Source: Vicugna vicugna (Eukaryota). Taken from it: a DNA stretch of 64,000 bases. Location of the stretch: NCBI GenBank assembly GCA_013265495.1, contig MU058650.1:585394-649393 (forward strand), written 5' to 3'. The position numbers and the translations under genes were made by a program. The notes under the pieces are model-generated. The model was given only the letters and a program-made list of their open reading frames with translations, searched no databases and was not told where the DNA came from. Shown one piece after another: positions 13,502 through 27,862 of the stretch; within the stretch, counting starts at the first letter, position 1, and the number at the start of each line of letters is the position of its first letter.

Positions 13502-13719
13502 CTGTGAAAAAAAAAAAACTCTATCGTATAACTTAGATTTGACAGAGAATTTTAAATATATGAGTCAGCCATCAAATTCACACCCCACTTTTCTATCCAT
13601 GAAAACTGTATTTTGCCTACTAAAATCTCTATATACCATTACAACTTACCACACTAATCAAAACCATAGTAACAGAGAGAATAACAAGCATTCTTATACA
13701 AAAAGGGACTGGCATAATA

Positions 13720-15285
13720 AATTTATATGCAATGTAAATGTACGGCATAACCTCACTGAATGTGGTAGGGGAAGAAAGGGGTTTCCTAAGTAACTTAAGA
13801 AAATGGTGTTTTGAATGAATCCAGACTAAAGACAAAAATAAAAGCTGTATGTAAACACAGTATGCTAGTTAGTAAATTTCTCATAGAAGTACCAGTTGAC
13901 AATTCTGAAACTACTTTATATGTTTACTGGGATTGAAAACTAAGAGACTATCTGCTAAGCAAATGAGATCTAGGTTTCGTACTATCAGAGAAATTAGTTA
14001 CAAACAAGCAAGGGGAAAGTCTAGGATAAACCGTGTGGTACTTGTGTAGAGACATTAGTATGAACTCATGTTTTCTATAGATGGATTAATAGATGGATGG
14101 ATGGATGGATAGATAGGCAGAGAGATAGGTGTTTATACATTTTTAGGACACATCCACATATATCCTGGCTCTGTCCTCAGAGAAAGCCTAGGGGCAATGA
14201 CATTCCAGTAGCAACAAGCAAACCTAGCACTCAGATCTTGATGTTCCAAATATAATCTTCCAATAAAGGAACTAATGATCCTTAGAGAAATGTCTGATTC
14301 TAGGGCTAGTTCAGGGAAAATAAAAGGTGAGTTTAGAGCATCTTCCAGTGCCAGAAAGTAAAACAAGCACTAAAATAAAAATAAATAAACAAATAGGAGG
14401 GATGCATCTCTAAAGAACACCGGAGTCAACCTAAAAGAGCTCTCAATGGTCAAAGCCGGAAGAATTTGAGAATGAATAATGTATTATTAGACTATAACCC
14501 GAAGTATAAAATAAATATCCAAGAGTCCATGCTGACGTAAATACATTATTGAATAAAGAAGTAAATGAAGATATGTCTTCCTTACAAAAAAATTCCAAAT
14601 AATATATGTAGATACTCCCCTGCCAGAGATGGAGCTTAACCTCCATCCTTTCCCCACTCTCTCCACAGGCACACATGTGTTGAGTATGAACTGAACTTAA
14701 CGACCGACTTCCAAAGAATAGAGTATGAAAAGGGAAAAATAGTCACCTCAAAATGTAGAAACCTGACAGATAAAATATCATCAGCGACAGATCATGTCGG
14801 TATCATGTATCTCTGACTTGATGTGATGAGAAGGGCCCATATTTGTGTCCTATGTGGTGTTTATCCCCCAAAACCACAACCCTAGTCTAATTATGTGAAA
14901 AGCATCAGACAACCCAAACTGAGGGATGTTCTACAAAATACTTGACCAAGAATCTTCAAAACTATCAAGATCATGAAAAACAGGAAAAGACTAAGAAATT
15001 GTCACAGATCTGGGGAAACTAAGGATACATGACAACTAAATGCAATGTGATATCCTGAATTGGACCCTGAAACAGACAAAGCACATTAGTGGAAAAACTG
15101 GTGGAATCCAAATAAAAGCTGAAGTTCAATTAGTAGTAATGTACCAGTGTTAATTTCTTACACCATGGTTATTAATTCATTAACATCGAGAGAATCTGGG
15201 TGAAGGGTACGTGGGATCTTTGTAATATCTTCATAATTTTTCTATAAATATAAAATTTTTCCACAATAAAATGTTCATTTTTTAT
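13720..15285 (+). mobile_element. Old L1M (L1MC/L1MD-type) 3' UTR relic
   Basis: Motifs agcaatgacattccagtagcaac, ccacaaccctagtctaattatg, gacaactaaatgcaatgtg...tcctg; internal (GGAT)n; A-rich end. Confidence 0.75.
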
Positions 15286-16039
15286 AAAGTTGGTAGGCAA
15301 GTTTAAAATGCAGAATTTAACATTTGAGATCATGAAATGTAACCACAGTAATAAGTGATTTTTTTAAATGCCAAGGTCTAAATATCCATCATATCTATGA
15401 CCAATAAAAGTTCACTAAAAATGTTTTGATGACCTATGGTAGTAATAAAATCTATATTCTCTTTTTAGTAGGAATTTTATTCATCCTACTCCGAGAGGAT
15501 CTAAAGAAAGCCCCCTTTTCCCGCTATAATTAAAAAGAGGCTTCAAAACAGAATATCTCATCAACAAGTGATTCTGGGTAAAGGACAAAGTATGAAGAAT
15601 ATTTTTAATATTAGGGTACCCTTTAGGATGAAATGTCTTCTATAGATAGGTTTAAATACTCTAACAGAGTATGACCATTATTTTAAGATACCATAAAAAT
15701 GAGACATAGAAGAGGTTCTGGGCTATGATAGTTCTAACATTCTACTCTTATGTAGACAATTTTTAAAGTTTAAGCTGACTATTAACTGGACTACACAAAG
15801 TAAATGCGTCACATGCCAGAGGTCTCTCCTTGTTCCTACCTGCACTTTTAATAACTCTGATCTCTCTTTCTTAGCTGCTTAGAATGAAAGGCTCTAATTG
15901 CCCTCACTGTCACCACATAGTCTCATCCATATGCTACTTTGTTTTTCCTCTCCAAGATTTCTCTTCTAATCCTTGACCTCCCAAAATGTCCCATCATGTG
16001 CTCCAGGGTTTTGATAGCATTAATAATTGAGTTAGGTGC

Positions 16040-16770
16040 ACATCTTCACCATGATATATTACTTTATATCCACCAGCATGGCTAAAATTAAGACTGGTTA
16101 TACCAAATGTCCAGTATGTGAAGCAACTGGAAATTTCTTATATTACTGTTGGTACTATAAAATGGAATAACGGCCTTGGAAAACAATTTAGCAATAAAAA
16201 TACACCTACACTAGAACCCAGCAGTTCCATTTTTAGGTATATATCCAAAAGAAATGAAGGCATATGTATGCAAAAAGATGTATACAAGAATGTTCAATAA
16301 AAAATGTTTTAAAAAAAAGAATGTTCATAGCATCTTTATTCATGTGATCAAATATTATAGGTAACTGAAGTGACCATCGATCGTAGAATGGAAAAGCAAT
16401 TTACGGCACATTTATATACTAGAATATTACCCACAAGAAAAAGAGTCTCAGTATTGATACTTCCAACAACATGGATAAACTTCAAAAATGCTACACTATG
16501 TGAAACAAGACATACATAAAAGTACATTCCATTTATATGAAGTTCAAGAAAAGGCCAAAATAATCTACATAGATAGAAATCAGAATGGTCGCTGGGGATG
16601 GGAGGGGCTCAGGGAGATTGACTTGGACTGACAGGGCCAGAGGGGACTTTCTAGGGTGATTGAAATGTCTTATATCTTGACATGGACACTGGGGACACAG
16701 TTAAACATATTTGTCAGAACTCATCAAACTGAGAACTTATCTGTGCATTTACAAAAACTTGATTAGGAAA
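16040..16770 (+). mobile_element. Old L1M ORF2 end and 3' UTR relic
   Basis: ORF 16118..16300 resembles the L1 ORF2 C-terminus; acccagcagttccatttttaggtatatatcc; tatatcttgacatgg. Confidence 0.75.
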
Positions 16771-17542
16771 GAACTCATGTCTGTCTTATCAACTTAGTAT
16801 ATGCTTAATACTTAGAATTAAGTACTATATATTTAATAAGTAATATATTTAATACATAGTATAATATCTAGCCTAGAGTCCGTAGTCAGCAAATAGATTA
16901 ATGAATCATCACCAGTATAATTTGAGTTTTCATTGATATTTGGCACGTAAGATCAGATCCCAAATCCTTTGGATACACACTCTTTCCAGCCCAGCAGATT
17001 CCTTCAGTTCTGTCTCAGTTCTGTCTCAACCTTACATTCACAGTGCTGGGAGGAGGTAGAGGAAATGCAAAAACAAACTTAGCATATTAGCCATCTGGTA
17101 AAAATGGGAGACAGATGGAAAAAGAGACAGAAAAAGAAGGAGAAGGAGGGGGAAGAAAGAGGAGAAGGAAGAGAAGAAGGGATGGGGAAAGAAACAAAGG
17201 CTAGAAAGAAGTATTTTATCCAAAGGAATGCTATATAATTTTTAAGTGTTATTTTATGTTGTATATCCAGATCCATAATCAACCAGTACAATAATTCAGC
17301 GTACCTATACAGTAAATGCAAAACTTCAGACTCATTTGCAAGAAGTTTATACACATTCACTAAAATTAAGATTACTTGGGTGTATAAATATTTCTTCCAG
17401 AGATGTCTTAAAACTGTTTCTATTACTATTTAAAGTTTGTAAGTTTTACATTCTTGCAAACGCATTTCCCTTCAAACAATAGCAAAAATAAAATTAGGTA
17501 ATTATTTCTGATAGACGGCAAAATTAGCTGTCTACTGTAATT

Positions 17543-17576
17543 TAGCCCCATCTGGTGGTAGTCTAGGAAACTGTGA
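17543..17576 (-). promoter_or_regulatory. Candidate CTCF site (core plus upstream module)
   Basis: Minus strand reads tcacagtttcc-tagac-taccaccagatggggcta; the core matches CCACCAGRKGGCGC and a TGCAGTTCC-like upstream motif lies at plausible spacing. Confidence 0.55.
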
Positions 17577-18658
17577 GTAAAGCCTCTCACTGTCCTATTG
17601 TGTTTTTGAAACTATAGGCACAAATGATACTATTCCTAGCTACATTAAGGCCAAAGGCGACTGGGCTAAAGGAAAGACATGGCCATTGAGTTTTCTGCTC
17701 CTTACCTATACCAATAAAGATACTCAAAGGTGTTTGTGAACCATTTTGGATTCCTTATTTGAAAGAAATTTCTTCTCAGTATAATTGTTTTCATAGAAGA
17801 CCAGGGCTAAATAAAGCAAACCTTCATATAACTTCTGGGTCAGCAAACCAAAAGCAAGAAAGCTCAAAAGACATCTTTGGGAACTAGATAGGGAAGGTTA
17901 AGTCATTCAAAAAGGACAGATGGATGTTGCTCTGCCATCTCTATAACCATCACAATTTTGGAGCAAATGATAACTTACAGAGCTATTAAGGAAGACATTT
18001 TTTGCAAAGATTCATGCTGATCAGTGACACTCAGCTAAAAGATGAAACTGGAATTTATTTCTTTGATTCCCATTTTTTTTACTTTCAAAAGTATGTGGGA
18101 AAATGCATTTTTTTCTGTCATTTGGCAATAAAAGCACTGTAGTTTTTGAAAGCATCATTTAGAAATGTCTTTAGCCTGACCTTTCAATGCTAAATGAAAT
18201 TTGTTCTATGAAATCCAAAATAGAATTTCTCTCTAATTTACATAGTTAACCTTAGTATAAGTCTGAATATCATGATTACTCATATATAATTATCAAAATG
18301 AAAATTACTTAGACATAGAACTGAATTTGATTGAATTAGATACTTCAGTAATTTACAGAAATACTTGCATTTGGATCTGTGTCAAGGTGGCCTGCAAATT
18401 TAATCATGAAGATAAATGTGAATTATGAACATACTTCAAGTAATATTGCCCAGTATTTGATTTACTGCATTGCTAATATAATACCGCAGAGTCCAAAAAT
18501 TCCTTTTACATGCTACTATTTAACTTTAAAAGGAAGAATACGTAACTATTGTAAATGACAAAATGGGGGATAAGCAGAGTCTCTCCCTTGATGTAATCAG
18601 TTCTTAAAATATCGCAACCAATTCCTTTGTAGGTCAGATAATATTTTCATATTAAATT

Positions 18659-18659
<1 letters not shown>

Positions 18660-18689
<30 letters not shown>

Positions 18690-18699
18690 TATATATATA
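18660..18699. repeat. (TA)n(CA)n(TA)n microsatellite
   Basis: Read directly. Confidence 0.95.
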
Positions 18700-18781
18700 G
18701 TCATACATTTTATTTTTATTTCTAATTGATGGTAAGTTGACATATAAATGCACCAATATATCCATACTTTAAGAAATGTCC

Positions 18782-21700
18782 AGAGATAAGATCATGATGA
18801 TGGAGTAGGGGATGTGGAGCTCACCTCCCCCACAAACACATCAAAAATACATCTACATGTGGAGCAATTCTCATGAATAACTAAATGGAAATTTGCAGAA
18901 CTCTTATACAACAAAAGCTGCAAGAAAGAGCTCCACATAACCCAGAAGAATGGGGAAAAAGGCATGGAATTGGGACCTCGACCCCTGGGAGGGATCTGAA
19001 AGGAAGAGACGATCCACACGGGTGGACCCTCTCCCTGGGGAATGAGTGGGTCAAGCCACAGAATAGGTGTCCTGCTCCTGGGTTCCTATGCAGAAGAGAC
19101 AGACCCCCTTCGCTGCTGGGAGAAATGTTGGGACAGACAGAAGGGCCAAGGAAGCCTAGACCCTAGTCATGAAGAGTGTGAGTGCTGGTTTGCCAACAAA
19201 CAATGGAGAGATCTCTTCACTGGCAGCCGCCATTTTGCCATGCTCCCTAACCCAAGCAGGGCAAACACTCTGACCCAGCTCATTCCACACCACAGGATCT
19301 GAGCCAGCCAGGCCCTGGGAAAACACTTGGCCCAGCTATACAAAGACAGTGCAGGGGTCTGGGTTGTGGTCCAGATGGGGCAGTGGTGGCCATTGTCAGC
19401 ACTTACTCAAGTGGCACTGTGGGAACCACCCTGACACCTTGTCCCAGCTCTCAGCTCAGTGAACACTCAGGTACCAACCATTCCACACCACAGCTTGGCA
19501 ATGGATCTGGGGCAGACAAGCCCTGGAGGAAGACTTAATTTAGGAATACAAAGGAGTCTTGGTTGGGTGGGGCAATGGGAACCAGAGTTGGAACTAGCTC
19601 AGTCATTGTCACAGAGGCAGCCCAGCTCTCTGGAGGCAGCATGACCACTTCAATTCCTGTAGTCACAATGCCTGACCCCCAGGCATAGCCTAGCAAGCAC
19701 TCCAGCCTCACCAACTCCATGCCACAGCCTTGTACTGGTTCTAGAAGGACCACAACAAGGGAAGGGATGCAACTTTGGGCTACCTCTGAATAGATCCACA
19801 GATGCCTACACAGGTGGCACATCAGACCTCTGTGAGCATACAGGCCTCACTCCCTTCGGCACTCCCCACCTTTGGAGCAGGGTGTGCACTCAAGGAGAAC
19901 AGAGCTTGCTCCAGCCTGAAACTCAAGGCTTCTGTTCCATAATGGAGGAGAAGACCACACCTCTGACAGGGCAGAGAGAAAGTCCTGCCTCATACCCTGC
20001 ACAGGCTTTAGATCTTCCAGCATGCCCTATCAAGGTGACAGCACCCACAACACCCTGAGGAAAGACGTGGCTAATGTTCTCATCAAAACCACTCTCACAC
20101 CAAAGATACTGTATACACATAGTCTACACGGGGATGCTCTGACATAAAACACCCCTTCAAGACCACAGTAGATAGCTGTTTCTCCTAAATGCATAGAGAC
20201 AGAGAAAAGTAAGTAAAATGAAAAGGCAGAGAAACCACTCCCAATCAAAAGAACAAGAGCTACCCCTTGAAAGAAAGGATAATGAAACAGAGCTCACCAG
20301 TCTACCTGATCCCAAGGTCAAAAAGATAGCAATGAAAATGCTAACTGAATTAAGAAAGCTTATGGATTGAAATGCAGATCACTTTAACAAGGAACAAGAA
20401 ACTATAAGGATGAATCAATCAAAAATAGACAATTGCTGATAATTAAAGTGATCTAGAAGCAGTCAGTAGCAGAATAAATGACATGGAAGAACGAGTAAGT
20501 GGTCTGGAAGATAGAATAATGGAAATCACCCAATCAGAAAAGTGGATAGAAAGACAAACGAAAAAAACAAATGGAAACAACATAGGAGTTCTATGGGATA
20601 CTATAAAATGTGCTGACCTATGCATAATAGGAGTTCCAAAAGGAGAAAATAGAGAGAAGGGAATCTAAAATGTACTTGAAGAAATATGCCTGAAAACGTC
20701 CCAAATCTAAAGAAGGAAACAGATACACAGGTACAGGAAGCACAGAAGGTCACAAATAAGATAAACTCAAACAGATCGACACCAAGACACATCATAACTA
20801 AAATGGCAAAAGTTAAAGAGAGAATTCTAAAGGCAGCAAGAGAAAAACAGAGTCATATACAAGGGAACCCTCATAAGACTAATAGTCGATTTTTCTGTGA
20901 AAACTTTGCAGTCCAGTAGGGAGTGGCATGGTATCTTTACAGTACTGAAAAGGAAAAAACCAACAACCTAGGATATTCTACCACAAGATTAACATTTAGA
21001 ATAGGATGGATGAGAACTTATCAGACAAGCAAAACTAAAAGAATTCACCAATACTAAACTTCCCCTAAAAGAAATATTAATGAGTCTTTTCTAAATGTAA
21101 AAGAAGTAAAAATCTAAAGGAAAGGGACAATCCCACCAGGAAAGACAAATATATAGGAAGGATTGAAGATCACTTCTAAAAATCAACTACAGGAAGAAAA
21201 AAAAAGGGAAAGAACAAACATGTGGAGACTAAACAACATGCTACTAAAACAAAACAAAACAAAAGTGTGGGTCAATAATGAAATCAGGGAGGAAATCAGA
21301 AAATATCTCAATAAAAACAAAAATGAAAACACAATTTTACAAAATCTGTGGCATAAAGCAAAAGTAGTTCTAGAAGGAAGTTCATAGCAATATAGGCCTT
21401 TGTCAAGAAACAAGGGAAATCCCAAATAAACAACCTAACCTACCACCTTAAAAAATCAGAAGAACAAAGCCCAAAGCCAAAAGAAGGAAGGAAATAAGAA
21501 ACATCACAGAGAAAATTTAAACATAGAGATAAAAAAAATAGAAAATATCAATGAAACCAAGAATTGGTTTTTTGAAAAGATAAATAAAATTGACAAATCT
21601 TCCCCTAGCCAGGCTCACAAAGAGTAAGAGAGAAAGGACCCAGATAAACAAAATAAGAAATGAAAGAGGAGAAATAACAATTAATACAACAGACTTACAA

Positions 21701-24027
21701 AAGTTGTGCAAGAATACTATGAACAGTCATAGTATTGTCAATAAAATGTCAAAAAATTGGGCAACCTAGAAGAAATGGACAAATTTCTACAAACATACAG
21801 TCTGCTAAGACTGAATCAAAAAGGAACAGACAAACTGAACAGAGCCATCACTAGAAGGAAAATTGAATCTATAATTAAAAAAAAAAAAACTCCCTGAAAA
21901 CAAAAGTTCAGGACTGGAAGATTTCACAGGGAAATTCCACCAAATATATACAGAAGAACACATACATACACATCCTTTTCAAACTATTCCCAAAAAATTG
22001 AAAAGCAGGGAACACTCTCAAATTCATTCAACAAGGCAACCATTAACCTGATACCAAAATCAGACAAAGACACTACCAAAAAAAAAAATTACAGGCTAAT
22101 ATCTTTGATGAGTATAGATGCAAAAATCCTCAACAAAATGTTAGCATACTGAGTTCAACAATACCTAAAAGGGATCATACACCATAATCAAGTTGAATTT
22201 ATTCCAGGGTCACAAAGATGTTTCAACATATGCAAATCAATCTATATAATACATCAAATTAACAAAAGGAAAGACAAAATCCACATGATGGTCTCAATAG
22301 ATGCAGAAAAAGCAATTAACAAAATTCAACATCCAATCATGATAAAAATTTTCATCAAAGTGGGCATAGAGGGAGCATATCTCACCATAATAAAGACCAT
22401 TTATGATAAATCCACAGCTAACATAATACTCAACAGTGAAAAACTGAAAGCCTTCTCATTAAATTTAGGAATAAGGCAAGGATGCTCATTCTCACCATTT
22501 CTATTCAGCATAATATTGGAAGTCCTAGCCACAGCAATCACACAAGAAGAAGAAATAAAAGGCACCGAGATTGGAAGAGAAGAGATAAAACTGTCACTAT
22601 TTGCAGATGGCATGATACTCTATATAGAGAACCCTAAAGTCCCTATCCAAAAACTGCTAGAACTAATAAATGAATTCAGCAAGGTTGCAGAATACAAGAT
22701 TAATATACAGAAATCTGTTGTGTTTCTTTACACTAATAATGAAAATTCTGAAAGGAAAGTGAAAAAACAATCCCGTTTAAAAATCACATCAAAAAAATAC
22801 TTAGGAGTAAACTTAACCAAAGAGGTGAAAGGCCTGTAATGCTGAAAACTATAGAACACTGATACTGGAAACTGAAGATGATTCAGAGAAATGGGAAGGT
22901 ATTCCACGCTCTTGGATTAGATTGGAAGAATCGGTATTATTAAAATGGCCAAACTACCTAAAAAAATCTACAGATTTAAGGTAATCTCTATCAAAACATC
23001 CAGGACAATTTTCACAGAACTAGAACGAATAATCCTAAAATTTACATGGAACCACAAAAGACCCCAAATTGCCAAAGCAGTCCTAAGAAAAATGAACAAA
23101 GCTGGAGGCATAACCCGCCCAGACTTCAGACTACACTACCAAGCTGCAGTAATCAAAACGGTGTGGTATTACCATGAAACACAGACACATAGATCAACAG
23201 AACAGAATAGAGAGCTCAGAAATTTACCCACACACCTATGGTCAATTAATCTGCAACAAAGAAAACAAGAATATATAATGGATAAAAGACAGTCTCTTCA
23301 AGAAGTGGTGCTGGAAAAGCAGAACAATGTAAAACAATGCAGTTAGAACACTTCCTCATACCACACACAAAAATAAACTCAAAATGTTTTAAAGACCTAA
23401 ATGTAAGACATGACACCTTAAAAATCCGAGAAGAGAACATAGGCAAAACATTGTTCAACATAAATCATAGCAGTATTTTTTTTTAGATCAGTCTCCTAAG
23501 GCAAAATAAATAAAAGGCAAAAATAAACAAATGGGACCTAATAAAACTTAAAAGCTTTTGCACAGCAAAGGAAAACATCAACCAAATGAAAAGATGACCT
23601 ATGGAACTGGAGAAAATATTTGCAAATGATGTGGCTGATAAGGCGTTAATGTCCAAAATATTTGAACAGCTTGTACAACTCAATATCAAATAAACAAACA
23701 ACCCAATCTAAAAATGGGCAGAAGACCTGAACAGACATTTTTCTCCAAAAAAGAAATACAGATGGCTAACAGGTACAAGAAAAGATGCTCACCATTGCTT
23801 ATCACCAGAAAAATGCAAATCAAAACCACAAGGAGGATCACCTCACACCAGTCAAAAGTCCACAAATAATAATGCTGGAGAAAAGGGAACATTCCCACAT
23901 TGTTGGTGGGAATATAAGTTGATGAAGTACTTTGGAAAACAGTACAGAGCTTCCTTTAAAAACTAAAAATAGAACCACTGTGTGATCCAGCAGTTCCAAT
24001 CCTGAGGATATATCTGGGGGAGAAAAA
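18782..24027 (+). mobile_element. Older, decayed L1: 5' UTR, ORF1 remnant, deletion of the endonuclease domain, ORF2 RT region, 3'-truncated
   Basis: 5' gatgatggagtaggggatgtggagctcacctcc; ORF1 ATG 20218 (ORFs 20483, 20686: PRHIITKMAKVKERILKAAREK); jump at ~21175 to NMWRLNNMLL; RT ORF 22285..22839 with FADG in place of the Y/FADD motif. Confidence 0.92.
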
Positions 24028-25599
24028 TGGTTCTCTAAAATGTCAATGAAGACAAATCTGTGGCTCTTTATAGTAAACCATAAATGTGATGTTGATGTCA
24101 CTAACTAATTTTACAGAGTAATGAGGACATGCGTCTGTCGCTGGACAACACTCTAAGTTAGCTGCTGCTGAAGTCAGGGAAGACCATACCACAACCTTCC
24201 ATCTGGAACACATCAAATGACCCTCAGCTCCTTGTCCACATTACACGTCCTTACGCTCCTGCAAATGTGACAGATTAACAATGCAGCAAACATCAGCAAC
24301 ACACTGATCTAGCTACTTGCCTACAGAGGGAAACTCACTGGAAAAGACAGGAACAGTGCAGCCGATTACAATGCAGCTTCCCAGTCCCAGGCCTGAGGCT
24401 GGTCAAGCTTCTTTGCTTTTGTGTTTTCCTTTTTTTCTGCAAGTTCCTTAAACTTGCACCTGTTCCCATCACAAGACTGAAGAACCTACATACCAGTTTA
24501 CTAGTTAAACAGTCACACGGTGAGTTTACATAGAGCACTTAATTAATGCCACATTTGGGTCAGGTTTATTAAACAAACAGACTAAACAAAAGCTCTGGCA
24601 CAGAGAGTCTGCAGGCTCTGCCAGGTCCACGGCTTGCATCTCAAGAATAAAATTCAGTATTCACTGTCAGTCACAAGTGATAACAATACTTCGGCGGACA
24701 TATTAAATACATCAGTAATCTTGGCATCAAGATGCTCATACAGTGAGCTCTAGGCCTTGTTCTTTCACTGCCAGTCATTCAAGCATGAAGTCAAACTGAT
24801 AAGACCTAGATGAAAACAGCCCTTTTACACGAGGTTCCAGCAAAAGCTCTGATTAATTTCTTTCTACAGATAAGGAGCTTGTAGTACTAGCGATTAGAAA
24901 GAATTTTCCGAGTTTCTACTGATGGTGATTAACAGAACAAAAACTAAGCCTGCCTCAGACACCATTCAATTTTTCCTTCCCATGAGATATTCAGCCTCTT
25001 CCCATACTATCACTATATAAAAGGCCCCAAATAAAAGCTTTTTAGAAAAACACTAGAATAAGGAGTCCAATCATACTACCTTTTGACTGTTTCAAATTTC
25101 TAAGGCAGAGACTTCAGGAAGTCCACATGCTCTCTCCATGTGGATCCACGCTGAAAATGAGCAACAGCAATGAGAAGTGATATTTGTGGTCAAAAAATAA
25201 AAATTGGTGACCAGATCTAGGTCAGCAGAGCTTCACCTGAGTAAGGAAGTAGAAAGTTTTGCACATTTAAAAATTCCTTGTCATTAATGCATGAGAATAA
25301 ACATCTAAAAATCTAGGTTTTCACATAATACTTCTGTTACCCATTTTACATACATAATAGAAATTCACCTTTCCAGCTAATAATTATGCATTTTATATCT
25401 ACCAACCTGCTTCCTGCTCTGTTCACAGCAAATTATTCCCATTATTTTTCAGCAACTAATTGTATGATTTGGTTAGTCAATCTTTCTCCAACCTGGATAT
25501 CCTTTTCCAAATTGTTAATATTTCTTTAAAATGTTGATCTGGTATTTCGTAAAATTCTACTTTTCTACTGCACAAAAATGTAATGATAATGATAACTAC

Positions 25600-26380
25600 C
25601 ATTTTGACTCTCTTTTTGGTTCCTGGCCACAACTCCCACGACACCAACAAGCATTTCTGAGCCACAACAGGGTGTCTGAGAATTCAACTCAGTTCTGACA
25701 CTCTCTGCCCAGAGATCAAGAGTTCAAGGCTACAGGACTGCCCCCTCTAAATTCAGATGCCAGTTGCATGCCCACGTTTTGACCTGCGTTTCTGACTGAC
25801 TACTTATAAACCAGAGGTTCCCATGAACCTCTCCTCAGGTTCAATTAATTTGCTGGAGGAGCTCACAGAAGTCAGAGCAACATTTTACTTACTAGATTAT
25901 CAATTTCAAAAGGTGTAACTCAGGAACAGCCAGATGAAAGAGACGCATAGGGCAAAGCATGAGGAAAGGGCGCAGAGCTTCCGCACTCCCTCCGGGCATT
26001 TCACCCTCCCAGGACCTCCACGTGTTCACCAACCTGGAGGCTTTCCAAACCCTATCCTTCTGGGGTTTTCTGGAGGCCTCATTACCTAGGCATGATTGAT
26101 GAAATCGTTGGCCACTGGCAATTAATTCAACCTCCATCAACTTTCCTGCCCCTGAGGTCAGAGGGGTGGGACAGAAAATTCCAATCCTCTAATCACAGAG
26201 TTCATTCTCCTGGAAACCAGCTTCCATCCTTAGGTGGGGACCCCATAAGCCATCTCATTAACATCCAAAAGACATTTTTATTGATCTTTTCATTTAGAAA
26301 ATCTCAAGGGTTTTAGGAGCTCTATGCCAGAAATGAGAAATATATATATATATAAAATTATAAACCATAATATCATAAAG
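25600..26380. mobile_element. MER21-like LTR
   Basis: gggtgtctgagaattcaactcagttctgacact...ccagaggttcccatgaacctctcctcaggttcaattaatttgct...tggccactggcaattaattcaacctcca. Confidence 0.7.
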
Positions 26381-26389
26381 CCCTTATTG

Positions 26390-26565
26390 TGCCTTTCAGT
26401 ACACAAAGAGCTTTACAAGAACTCTCTTAATGCTCACTTAACCATTATTATCTCATTTTACTAAAGAAGAACGTGAGAAGCAGGGAACCTAAATAATCCT
26501 TAAGTAACTTTTAACAGTTGAAGAGCCAAGACACAAACCTGGTCTCTTTGACTCCAAAGCTTTTG
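26390..26565 (-). mobile_element. MIR relic
   Basis: attattatctcattttactaaagaagaacgtgag...agagccaagacacaaacctggtctctttgactccaaagc. Confidence 0.65.
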
Positions 26566-27262
26566 CCGGGAAGTGAGAGTTGAGTTGATACTAGTGAAAT
26601 ATGCCACTACATTTGGTGTTCCATATTACAATATATGCCATATTATATACCTTATTTCCTTGGTTCTAAGAAACATTATCACTCTCATTTTGACGTTTCT
26701 GAAGTAAGGATGTCTCTTAAAACAGATGTGAACATCTACGTAGCTGTGTTACCTTGCCCCTCCCTAATTCCCAAAAAAGAGTTGCTATTAAGTAAGTGGC
26801 TCATCTTGCAAATAACAGCAGAGTAGAATTGAGGAAACATCTGGCTCATGCTTAATTGTTTCAGATCTCACCCACCTGTCTGCCTTCAGATGAAAGCACA
26901 TCAATAAATTATTACTGTGAATTCTGGCAGCTGTTGCCCCAGCTGACTCGGTCAACACCTCAGCCCTCTGGAAAGTGACTTCAAGGAGCTTACACTTGTC
27001 TTCACTAAGTTTTCTAGAGCTAGGCACTCACACTGTCCTCCTGGCTGAAGCATAGCTTGTATTCCCGTATTTCAGATACGTTTGTTAAAAGAGCTTCAGT
27101 AGCATCTTCCTGGAACTTTCTTGCCATAGAATCTGACCATGCGGCTAAGCACAGCCAGGAAAGAAATGGATTCCATTCTGGCCTCTCTACCATACCTGTC
27201 CCCAGATGCTCCTGTATAAACCTGCTTCCATTTTTAATAAGAAATAAAAATCTAATGTCTTT

Positions 27263-27862
27263 GCAGCATTTTTCATGGACATTTATGAAAACAACCTAAG
27301 TGTCCATCAATGGATAAATGTATAAAGAGATGTGATATATAAACACACACACACACAATGGAATATTATTCAGCCGTGAGAAAGAAATAAATCATGCCAT
27401 TTGCAACAACATGGATGAAATTTGAGGGCAATCTACTAAGTGAAATAAGTCACACAGAGAAAAAAATTCCGTATGAATATCATTTACATATGGAATCTAA
27501 AAAAGTCAAACTCACTGAAAGAGAGAGTAGAATGGTGGTTGCAGAGGCTAGGAGGCGGGGGGAAATGGGGAGATGTTGATCAAAGTGTACACACTTCCAG
27601 TTATAAGATGGGTAAGTTTTGGGGATTTATACAGCATGGCGATTATAGCTAACAAGTTGATACTTAATACTTGAAAGGTGCCATGAGAGTAGATCTTAAA
27701 TGTTCCCACAAGAAAAAAAAAATTACGTGAAGTCATGGAGGTGTTAGCTAACAGCAAAGTGGTAATCGTTTTGCAATATATAGGTATATCAAATCAACAT
27801 ATACACTTTAAACTTGCACAATATTATATCTCAATTTTATCTCAGTAAAGCGGGGGGGCAGG
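27263..27862 (+). mobile_element. 5'-truncated L1 (L1MA9-like) 3' end
   Basis: ORF MPFATTWM...; 3' end ctcagtaaagcggggggg; 15-bp TSD aaatctaatgtcttt at 27248-27262 and 27863-27877. Confidence 0.85.

Noticed and set aside
22285..22839. 184-aa reverse transcriptase-like ORF as a functional gene or novel RT system
   Set aside because: It is a fragment of decayed L1 ORF2, with a mutated catalytic motif (FADG) and frameshifts on both sides.
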